Shown: positions 10,603 to 18,131 of the stretch, piece after piece
Position numbering within the stretch: position 1 is the stretch's first letter
How the letters are laid out: each line of letters starts with the position of its first letter
NCBI GenBank assembly: GCA_045807725.1
Contig: JBJMGV010000115.1
Span: 452 to 64,451 of the forward strand
Direction: 5' to 3'
Origin: Blastocatellia bacterium
GTDB lineage: Bacteria; Acidobacteriota; Blastocatellia; UBA7656
DNA: 64,000 bases
Notes under the pieces: model-generated
Told to the model about the DNA's origin: nothing
The model's database searches: none
What the model saw: only the letters and a program-made list of their open reading frames with translations
Position numbers and translations under genes: made by a program

Positions 10603-11175
10603 ATGGCTAGACTGCTCATCGTCTTCATCTTGTTTCTATTGGCTGGCTGTGGCAGCAAGCCGTTCAACGTTAAAACGGAAGTGACGTTGCCTGCTATTGC
10701 CAGCGCGCCGGCGGTCGAGTCGCAAGGCGTTCGCCTGCAAGCCGCCGTTGTGCGCGACGAGGATTATCTTTTATCAACCTTCGACGCCAACTTGATTCTG
10801 GCGGGCGTGCTGCCGGTCAATGTGACAATGACGAATAGCAGCGCACAACCGCTCGACTTACACAAGGCGGGCTTCGAGGTGCGCACGCCCAACGGTCACT
10901 CGTATAAGGCTGCCGACGCCAGCCGCGCGTATAAGCAATTGATTAAGTACTACGGCATCTCAACCTACAGCAAAGGGGCGTACAAACAGTCGCGGGAGGA
11001 CTTTGCCGCTTACGCGCTCGACCAGAGCAAGCCATTAGCTATGGGCGAAAGGCGGCAAGGAATGTTATTCTTCATCCTGCCTGACCAAGCGATTCAGGCA
11101 GCGGGTCTCAATCTAATCGGCGTCCGTCTCGGTGTCGCTGGCTCCAGTGGCACGGTTGAATTAAAGCTCGATTGA
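10603..11175 (+). CDS. Lipoprotein of unknown function
   Basis: Signal peptide with lipobox LLAGC after the internal Met MARLLIVFILF. No recognisable family. Confidence 0.5.
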   Translation: MARLLIVFILFLLAGCGSKPFNVKTEVTLPAIASAPAVESQGVRLQAAVVRDEDYLLSTFDANLILAGVLPVNVTMTNSSAQPLDLHKAGFEVRTPNGHSYKAADASRAYKQLIKYYGISTYSKGAYKQSREDFAAYALDQSKPLAMGERRQGMLFFILPDQAIQAAGLNLIGVRLGVAGSSGTVELKLD

Positions 11176-11226
11176 CTCAGCCTGCTCTTGATGAGAGGGT
11201 GCGCGCTGTGTCGCCAGCAGGTATTT

Positions 11227-12243
11227 ATGACGAAGATAACTTTTCGCTATTGCTTTTTCGCCATCCTTGCGGCTGGGCTGTTAGCCGTTACCGCCTACGG
11301 GCAAGACACTTTCCACAATCCAGCCTTCGAGACTGATGATGAATTCGGCAAAGCCTTCGCCCAGGCCCGCCGCCTGCTGACGCAAGGCAAGGTGGACGAC
11401 GCCATCAAAGAGTTCAGCCGCGCCGCCGCGCTCAAGAATGGACAGTGCGTCGAATGCTTCTCCTCGATTGGCCAGGCCAACCTTCAGTTGAACAAATACA
11501 AGGAAGCCGCCGCCGCCTTTCAACGCGGCGCTGATTTGAACTCGCCGCAACAGGCCGAACTCTATAACTACGCCGGCGTGGCGCTCTACTGGGCGGATGA
11601 CAAATCGCTGCTTAATGAAGCGGCGGCGATGTTCAAGCGGGCCATTGAAACCGGCAACGATAAGATCGCCCAGGCTTATTACAATCTCGGTTACGCGTTG
11701 ATAAAGGCCGGCAAGAACGACGAAGGCATTGCGGCGCTGAAGACCTATCTCGAAAAGAACCCCGGCGCGCCTGAAACCGAGTCCGTCAAAGCCGTCATCG
11801 CCAACCCGAAGCTTGCCGCCGGATTTGCTTTTCCGTTCAAGGTAACGTCGGCCAATGGCGACGAGCTGTCGCTCGACAAATTCAAAGGCAAGGTTGTCTT
11901 GCTGGATTTCTGGGCGAGCTGGTGCGGCCCTTGCCGCGCCGATATGCCGGCGGTCAAGCGGCTGTGGCAGGACTATCAGAAAGAGAACTTCATCCTCATC
12001 GGCATCAACCTCGATAGCAACCGCAAAGCGTTTGAGCAATACGTCAAGGAAGAGGGCGTGACGTGGCCGCAGTTCTATGACGGCAAACGCTGGGGCAACC
12101 GCATCGCGGAACTCTACAACGTCCACTCGATCCCGATGACGTTCTTGATCGACCAGCAGGGCATGATCCGCGCGTCGGGTCTGCGCGGTGAGCGGCTCTA
12201 TGGCAAGATCGGCGACTTGCTGAAGGAAAAGCCGAAGCCTTAG
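11227..12243 (+). CDS. TPR-repeat protein fused to a TlpA-like thioredoxin domain (thiol-disulfide oxidoreductase)
   Basis: Signal peptide, TPR repeats, C-terminal FWASWCGPCRADMP redox motif. Start taken at MTKITF. Confidence 0.7.
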   Translation: MTKITFRYCFFAILAAGLLAVTAYGQDTFHNPAFETDDEFGKAFAQARRLLTQGKVDDAIKEFSRAAALKNGQCVECFSSIGQANLQLNKYKEAAAAFQRGADLNSPQQAELYNYAGVALYWADDKSLLNEAAAMFKRAIETGNDKIAQAYYNLGYALIKAGKNDEGIAALKTYLEKNPGAPETESVKAVIANPKLAAGFAFPFKVTSANGDELSLDKFKGKVVLLDFWASWCGPCRADMPAVKRLWQDYQKENFILIGINLDSNRKAFEQYVKEEGVTWPQFYDGKRWGNRIAELYNVHSIPMTFLIDQQGMIRASGLRGERLYGKIGDLLKEKPKP

Positions 12244-12257
12244 CCTTCATACTCGTT

Positions 12258-13043
12258 CTATTCTTCTGCGCCGTATTCCGCGTATTCGTACTCGATGACT
12301 TCGCCGGGCAGCGCTGGGGCTTCGAGCAGACTCAGTGCGTCGCGCAGGACGTTCTTGTGCAGATCGGCCATGCCGGGCCGGCCCATCGAATTGCCAATCT
12401 TGAAACCAACCGGATAGAGCGCGCGCGGCGGGCGCATCTGCTTCGAGACTTCAGGGCTGACGGTAATCAACACCGTTGGAATTCCACGCATTTCAATCTC
12501 ACGCTGGACCGCAACGACCGTGCGGTGACAAACGTTCGGTCAGCCGCCGGTCAGTATCACCGCGTCGGCGCGCGAACGCTTGTCTATCTCGTCGGCGATC
12601 TGCGGCGCGGTCTCTTCATACATACGCTTGAGCTGCATGGTGTATCCCATAAAGCCGACGTGACTGCGCGCCTCGCCGGCAATGAAGCCTTCGGCGATAA
12701 GCGCGCGCAACGCGTCGATTGGAAAGACGACGTTGATGTCGCGGTCGGCGTCGGTGTGATCGTAGTGATGATGAGTGACCATCAAATCGCTCGCCTGCGC
12801 TTCTGGTGTAATGACGCGGTAGGTCAGGTCGCCAAGCTCGTCGGCGATATTGAATGCCGGTTGATCTTTGCGGTGCACGCCTGCTGCCGTGACGATGGCG
12901 ACGGAGAGGCGTGATAGCTCGCGGTCAAGCGGCGTGTAAGGCACGCACTTTCGTGAGAGTTGAGACATCGCACATTCCTCTGTGATTGTGTTGAGGCTGG
13001 AAGGATGAACCGGCGCGGCGAGAATCCAGCGAGTCTGCTTCAC
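12258..13043 (-). CDS. GrdB/PrdB-family (glycine/sarcosine/betaine/D-proline reductase selenoprotein B family) selenoprotein homolog
   Basis: Track ORFs 12540..13043 and 12258..12491 are in the same frame. They are separated only by TGA at 12537-12539 and read-through codons with no intervening stop. The joined protein reads ...RADAVILTGG-U-PNVCHRTVVAVQREIEMRGIPTVLITV... A hairpin accgca/tgcggt (12508-12526) starts 11 nt after the TGA. The true start may be the internal ATG at 12968 (MSQLSRK) rather than the GTG at 13043. Confidence 0.65.
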
Positions 13044-13086
13044 TCGACACGCCGTCCATCCTTCCGCTTCACAAGCGTAGCTGGCT

Positions 13087-13548
13087 TCAGTCGAGCTTTC
13101 TCAGCACGTCGTGGATGACTTCGTTATCGGGCTGGTCGCCGATTTCGTGGATGTCTTTGTAGGCAAGCTTACCTTGCTTGTCTACAACGAACAGGGCGCG
13201 CTCTGAATAGCCTTCGGGCCGCAGCGCACCGTACATCTGCGCCACCGCGCCTTTAGGTTCAAAGTCTGAGAGGAGATCGTAAGAGATGTTGCCGAGGCTC
13301 TTGGCCCAGGCTTTGTTGCAGGGGACGGAGTCAACCGATATACCCAGCACGTGGGTATCACGCTCCTCGAAGCGGCTGAGATCAGCCTCATACGAGGGCA
13401 TCTGTACGGTTCAAACGGGCGTCCAGGCCAGCGGGTAGAACGCGATGAAGACGTTCTTCTTGCCGCGAAAGTCGGACAGCTTGACTTTGTTGCCGTTGTG
13501 GCTCGGCAGCTCAAAGTCGGGAGCCATTTCGCCTACTTCTACAGCCAT
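13087..13548 (-). CDS. Selenocysteine-containing peroxiredoxin (PrxQ/BCP-type; Sec replaces the peroxidatic Cys)
   Basis: The track shows only the C-terminal 104 aa (13087..13401). Reading upstream in frame gives TGA at 13411-13413, then [57 protein letters not shown]... This is a textbook Prx N-terminus with U where the peroxidatic Cys belongs. ATG at 13546-13548 with AGGAGGA 6 nt upstream. Small hairpins lie 12-25 nt after the TGA (cctc-guau-gagg; ggcug-aucu-cagcc). Confidence 0.75.
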
Positions 13549-13686
13549 TGGCATTCCTCCTGAAAAAAATTTAACTGCACTTGTCTATGGTTTATGCCAA
13601 CCGCCTGCCGAAGTCAAGCCGATCAGGCAGCGCCAGTTGACAGTTTTATCTACAGCTTTCGCTCGCCGATTTGACAAAGATTAGAT

Positions 13687-13701
13687 TTAGAATTATTCTA
13701 A
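13687..13701. promoter_or_regulatory. PerR/Fur-type operator (perfect 7-1-7 palindrome TTAGAATTATTCTAA)
   Basis: Matches the Bacillus-type PerR box TTATAATNATTATAA at 13 of 15 positions, with the two mismatches symmetric. Overlaps a putative TTGACA-N17-TATTCT promoter. Lies 8 bp upstream of the regulator ATG in the divergent region shared with the Sec-peroxiredoxin. Confidence 0.55.
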
Positions 13702-13709
13702 ATATCGAG

Positions 13710-14129
13710 ATGGCAGTTCAACGAAAAATTTCGGGCCTTGTAAGTCGGAAGGCCAACCTGACGCGCCAGCGCGAGGTCGTGCTGCAAGTCGTCAGCGAGG
13801 CTGAGCATCACCCGACCGCCGCCGAGGTCTTCGAGCAGGCCAAGAAGCTATTGCCGACCATCAGCTTTGCGACCGTTTACAACTCGCTGCGCCACTTGAA
13901 GGAATCAGGGCTGATCCTTGAGATCACTTTCGGCAACGCCGCCAGCCGTTACGACGGCGAGACCAGCCGCCACGACCACGCCGTCTGCACGCGTTGCGGA
14001 AAGCTGGTCGATTTTGACCTGGCGGAGACGGTTGAGTTGATGCGCGCGGCGGCGCGGCGCACGCGCTTCAAACCCGAAACGATTCACCTGACGCTTCTCG
14101 GCCTCTGTCCCGACTGTCGTGGAGATTAG
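13710..14129 (+). CDS. Fur-family transcriptional regulator, probably a PerR-like peroxide sensor
   Basis: HHxH and CxxC...CxxC motifs (HDHAVCTRCG..CPDC). Start taken at ATG 13710; the track start is a TTG extension. Flanked by peroxiredoxin genes. Confidence 0.7.
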   Translation: MAVQRKISGLVSRKANLTRQREVVLQVVSEAEHHPTAAEVFEQAKKLLPTISFATVYNSLRHLKESGLILEITFGNAASRYDGETSRHDHAVCTRCGKLVDFDLAETVELMRAAARRTRFKPETIHLTLLGLCPDCRGD

Positions 14130-14218
14130 GCCGAAAACGTGACTGGTTCATAACGCAATTATTCACGCGGCGAAGTTGCTTGCCGCAAGAGAGTCCAGTT
14201 CCAATCGAAGGAGGAAAG

Positions 14219-14785
14219 ATGTCAGCAACTGCTCAATCAATCGAGAAATCTCAGATCGGCCAACCGGCCCCGGATTTTGATATGGCCTCGACCCGCAATG
14301 TCGAGAAGCTGAACGAGAACGTCAAGCTCTCGGATTATCGCGGCAAGTGGGTCGTGCTGTTGTTTTACCCGCTCGACTTCACGTTCGTTTGCCCGACCGA
14401 GTTGACCACCTTCAGTGATCGCTACGACGATTTTGAAGGCATCAACGCCGAAGTCATCGGCGTGTCTACCGATTCCGTTTATTCGCACCGCGCCTGGCTG
14501 CAAACGGCGCGCGATAAGGGCGGCGTCGAAGGGCTGCGTTACCCGCTGGCCTCGGATATCACCGGCAGCGTGGCGCGCGATTACGGCGTGCTGATCGAAG
14601 GCAAAGGCATCGCCCTGCGCGGCCTGTTCGTCATCGATCCCGAAGGTATTCTCCGTTACAAAGTTGTTCACGACCTGAACATCGGTCGCTCGGCTGAAGA
14701 GACGCTGCGCGTCATCCAGGCCTTGCAGACCGGCGGGCTGTGCCAGGCCGAGTGGCGTCCGGGTCAGAAGACGCTCAACGGCTAA
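14219..14785 (+). CDS. ahpC: Typical 2-Cys peroxiredoxin (AhpC/TSA family)
   Basis: FTFVCPTE peroxidatic motif, resolving Cys near the C-terminus. GGAGGAAAG 0 nt before the ATG at 14219. Confidence 0.85.
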   Translation: MSATAQSIEKSQIGQPAPDFDMASTRNVEKLNENVKLSDYRGKWVVLLFYPLDFTFVCPTELTTFSDRYDDFEGINAEVIGVSTDSVYSHRAWLQTARDKGGVEGLRYPLASDITGSVARDYGVLIEGKGIALRGLFVIDPEGILRYKVVHDLNIGRSAEETLRVIQALQTGGLCQAEWRPGQKTLNG

Positions 14786-14806
14786 ACGTCCAACGCAACG
14801 TCAATC

Positions 14807-14849
14807 ATGGGCGACGGGCGGCCTAGCCCTGTCGCCCATTCGTTTGTTC
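14807..14849 (+). terminator. Rho-independent terminator after ahpC
   Basis: Stem atgggcgac / gtcgcccat followed by tcgtttgttc. Confidence 0.55.
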
Positions 14850-14876
14850 AGTCCGCGAGATCAGGAGGGGAAGATT

Positions 14877-15350
14877 ATGCCGATGAGAATCAACACGCCG
14901 ATGCCTGGCTTTGACGGCGCGACCGAATGGATCAATAGCGAGCCGGGCGATGCGACATCAGCCAAATTGACGCTGGTACATTTCTGGTCTTTGAGCTGCG
15001 GCATCTGCAAAGAGAATTTGCCGCGCGTCGCCGAGTGGCGCGAGTCGCATCGAGACAGCGGCCTGCGTGTCATCGCTGTTCATATGCCGCGCTACCCTGC
15101 CGATGTTGATGTCAACGCCGTGCGCGAAGCGATTAGCGCTTACGGTATCAACGAAGCGTGCGCGGTTGATAACGAACACAAGCTGCGCGACGCCTTTCAG
15201 AATGAGCAAGGGTTTGTGCCGGCTTATTACCTGTTCGATGCTGAAGGCAAGCTGCGCGGCTTTGCGGCGGGCGAGCGCGGCATTGATATGATTGCGCCGA
15301 CCTTGAAGCGGCTGCTTGTGTCGGTCGCCTCGCAAGAAGCTGCCGGCTAA
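14877..15350 (+). CDS. Thioredoxin-like / TlpA-redoxin family protein
   Basis: HFWSLSCGICKENLP CxxC motif. CAGGAGGGG RBS before the internal ATG. Confidence 0.7.
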   Translation: MPMRINTPMPGFDGATEWINSEPGDATSAKLTLVHFWSLSCGICKENLPRVAEWRESHRDSGLRVIAVHMPRYPADVDVNAVREAISAYGINEACAVDNEHKLRDAFQNEQGFVPAYYLFDAEGKLRGFAAGERGIDMIAPTLKRLLVSVASQEAAG

Positions 15351-16873
15351 GCCGGAGGCGAAACTTTTTTAAGGGCCGCCTGCCGCATCGTTTCGATAGA
15401 CGGCAGGCGGCCCGTCCATAATTCAAACTGGCGCGCGGCCTGCGCCACCAGCATCTCGATCCCGCTCAAACCCAGACAGCCGTGCCGTCGTGCGTCGGCC
15501 AGAAACCGCGTCTCAAGCGGGTTATAAACCAGATCGTAAGCGATGCGGCGACCGTGCCACGTGTCTGCGTGAATGACGCTCGTGCCGTCGCTATGATTCG
15601 TCATTCCGACGGGCGTTGTGTTGATGATGACCTCTGCATCGCTTTCGCTTATCGCATCGAGGTGATTCATCTCAACGCCGAACTCGTCGGCCAATGCGGC
15701 GGCCTTGTTCATATCGCGGGCGAAGATCGTCACGCGCGCGCCGCGCTCAAGCAAGCCGAAGACGACCGCCCGCGCTGAGCCGCCTGTTCCAATCACCGCG
15801 CAATGCGTCGCCCGCAATTCGGTTAAGTCGGCAAGCGGCGCGATGGCTCCATACGCATCGGTGTTGTAGCCTTTCAGTCGATTGCCTTCGACCACTACAG
15901 TATTCACCGCGCCGATGCGCCGCGCCGTTTCGTCCATCTCATCCAGGAAGGGAATGACCGCCGTTTTGTGCGGAATCGTCACGCTAAAGCCGCGCAGCCG
16001 CCAATCCATCTCGCGCGTCGCTGGCCGCACAAAGCGTTTGAAGAATGCTTCAACGTTGCCGACTTCAAAAGGCAGATAAATGTAATCCAGCCCACACTCT
16101 CGAAAGGCGCGATTGTGCATCAGCGGCGATGCCGAATGCGAGACCGGCTTGCCGATGATGCCGACAATCTGTGTGTCGCGGCTCAGGCTGTGGATGCGAT
16201 AAAGGTCGCGCAGTTCGTCGCACGTCACCTGGCCGGGCGCGCTTTCGTGCCCGCGCCTCATTGAGCCGAACGTCAGAAAGCTGCCGCGCGAAGGGCCGAG
16301 TATTCTCGTCACCATACCCGCTTCCTGCATAGCGATAGCGATGATTGTTTGACCTTCGAGCCGTGCGCGCTTGAGCAGGGCGAATACTTCAAGCGAATCG
16401 CTGATGTCGTTGGCGCGCACGGCGATCTTATGAATGGCTGCCGGCAAGCTCGTCAAACGGTCGAATATAGTCGTTAAATCGGCGGGCGTTTCGTTGAAGT
16501 TGTGATAAGAGACGATGAGCCGTGATGGATCAAGCAGCCTCGCCACGCGCTCGTCATAGTGCGCGGCTTCGATGTCGCAGTAATCCGCGCCCTGTTCTAA
16601 CGACGCGGCGAGCAGCCGCAAGCGCACGCCCTTATCAATCGTTTGCTGACCGCCTTCGTCAGCCGCGCGACAGGTGGCGATGACCGGCAGAGGCTTTTGT
16701 TTGAGCAACGCGCTCAGCCTCGATGGATCGTTGAAATCGAAATCGCGCAGGTAATCAAGCCGCAGTTCGATCAGGTCGGCAACCGTGGCCGCGCGTTGCA
16801 TCGCCGCCCGCGCTTCGCTAACGGTCGGCTCAGTGATGACGGCGCAGATTCTCGCTTCTTGTTCAGCCATCAC
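15347..16873 (-). CDS. aroDE: Bifunctional 3-dehydroquinate dehydratase (type I) / shikimate dehydrogenase
   Basis: N-terminal AroD-like TIM barrel (ICAVITEPTVSEARAA...). C-terminal AroE (GKPVSHSASPLMHNRAF, Rossmann GTGGSARAV). Confidence 0.85.
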   Translation of the reverse strand: MMAEQEARICAVITEPTVSEARAAMQRAATVADLIELRLDYLRDFDFNDPSRLSALLKQKPLPVIATCRAADEGGQQTIDKGVRLRLLAASLEQGADYCDIEAAHYDERVARLLDPSRLIVSYHNFNETPADLTTIFDRLTSLPAAIHKIAVRANDISDSLEVFALLKRARLEGQTIIAIAMQEAGMVTRILGPSRGSFLTFGSMRRGHESAPGQVTCDELRDLYRIHSLSRDTQIVGIIGKPVSHSASPLMHNRAFRECGLDYIYLPFEVGNVEAFFKRFVRPATREMDWRLRGFSVTIPHKTAVIPFLDEMDETARRIGAVNTVVVEGNRLKGYNTDAYGAIAPLADLTELRATHCAVIGTGGSARAVVFGLLERGARVTIFARDMNKAAALADEFGVEMNHLDAISESDAEVIINTTPVGMTNHSDGTSVIHADTWHGRRIAYDLVYNPLETRFLADARRHGCLGLSGIEMLVAQAARQFELWTGRLPSIETMRQAALKKVSPPA

Positions 16874-16900
16874 TTGCGGGGCGGGTCGTTGTCGCTGATC

Positions 16901-17845
16901 TCATTCTTCGTCAAATGCAAACACGTCGGTTGAAAGATAACGCTCACCGAAATCGGGGAGCACGGCAACGACACGCTTGCCTTCGCCCAACTCGGCGGCA
17001 ATCTTCAGCGCCGCCCAACAGATTGCGCCCGACGAGACGCCGCACAGAATGCCTTCTTCGCGCGCCAGCCGCCGCGTCATCTCTTTGGCGTCGGCATATT
17101 CGACCGGCACGATGCGGTCAATCAAGTCCATATTGAGCACGGCGGGAATGAAGCCCGCGCCGATGCCTTGAATCTTGTGCGGGCCGGGGACGCCGCCCGA
17201 CAGCACCGGCGAATCTTTCGGCTCGACGGCGATCAGCTTCACGTCGCGCAGGCGGTCTTTGAGCACTTCGCCGACGCCTGTGATCGTGCCGCCCGTGCCG
17301 ACGCCGGCAACCAGCGCATCAAGCCGCGCGTCGGTGTCTTCGATAATCTCAAGCGCCGTCGTCGAGCGGTGAATGGCCGGGTTCGCCGGGTTCTCGAACT
17401 GCATAGGGATGAAGCTGTCGGGCGTCTCATCACGCAAGCGCTCGGCGGTGGCAATCGCGTCGTTCATCCCTTGCGCGCCGGGCGTCAAGACGACTTCCGC
17501 GCCGAGCGCGCGCAGCACACGTATGCGCTCGATGCTCATCGAATCGGGCATCGTCAGAATCAAGCGATAGCCTCTGGCGGCGGCGGCCATCGCCAGGCCG
17601 ATGCCGGTGTTGCCCGATGTCGGTTCGATGATCGTCGTGACGCCGGGCGTGATACGGCCTTCGCGCTCGGCGGCAAGAATCATCGAAGCGCCGATGCGAT
17701 CTTTAACCGAGCACATAGGGTTGAAGGATTCGAGCTTGACGAGCACTTCGGCAGCATTGGCTGCGGGCAGGCGATTCAAACGCACCAGCGGCGTGTGGCC
17801 GATGGTTTCAAGGATGCTGCTGCTTATCTTCGGATGACGCGACAT
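16901..17845 (-). CDS. cysK: Cysteine synthase (O-acetylserine sulfhydrylase)
   Basis: PLP-fold type [13 protein letters not shown] lysine motif. 314 aa. Confidence 0.85.
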   Translation of the reverse strand: MSRHPKISSSILETIGHTPLVRLNRLPAANAAEVLVKLESFNPMCSVKDRIGASMILAAEREGRITPGVTTIIEPTSGNTGIGLAMAAAARGYRLILTMPDSMSIERIRVLRALGAEVVLTPGAQGMNDAIATAERLRDETPDSFIPMQFENPANPAIHRSTTALEIIEDTDARLDALVAGVGTGGTITGVGEVLKDRLRDVKLIAVEPKDSPVLSGGVPGPHKIQGIGAGFIPAVLNMDLIDRIVPVEYADAKEMTRRLAREEGILCGVSSGAICWAALKIAAELGEGKRVVAVLPDFGERYLSTDVFAFDEE

Positions 17846-18131
17846 GAATTTCCCTTTGATTAAAGTGACCCAAGCGATTCGTCATAGCCTAGCACGGCAC
17901 AGCGCAAAGAGAAACTATGGGGGTAGCGGAATTCGAGAGCAGGGATAGAGGATGCAAGCGGCATATCTAAATCGAAGCACATGAGATTGGGACAGAAGAT
18001 TGGCCACAGAGGCACAGAGACACCGAGCGGGAATAAACCATGTTAAGAAAATCAGGACTGTTTTAATGATCTTCTCTGTGCCTTTGTGCCTTTGTGGCCA
18101 ATGCGTTTCTGCCTTTCTCATGCCGTCTGAT

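Noticed and set aside
12492-12539. Gap between track ORFs 12258..12491 and 12540..13043 interpreted as a frameshift or pseudogene
   Set aside because: Both ORFs are in the same frame. The only interruption is a single TGA followed by uninterrupted sense codons and a hairpin at SECIS distance. The neighbouring gene shows the same phenomenon at its active-site Cys. Selenocysteine read-through is the simpler explanation.
17168-17863. 231-aa plus-strand ORF, with similar antisense ORFs at 11281..12126, 21111..22337, 28288..29157, 43119..44174, 49793..50629 and 55206..56150
   Set aside because: All lie opposite well-supported genes (cysK, TPR-Trx, PAS kinase, CrtI-like, mpl, beta-propeller, hsdM). 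They are Arg/Ala/Gly-rich GC artefacts.
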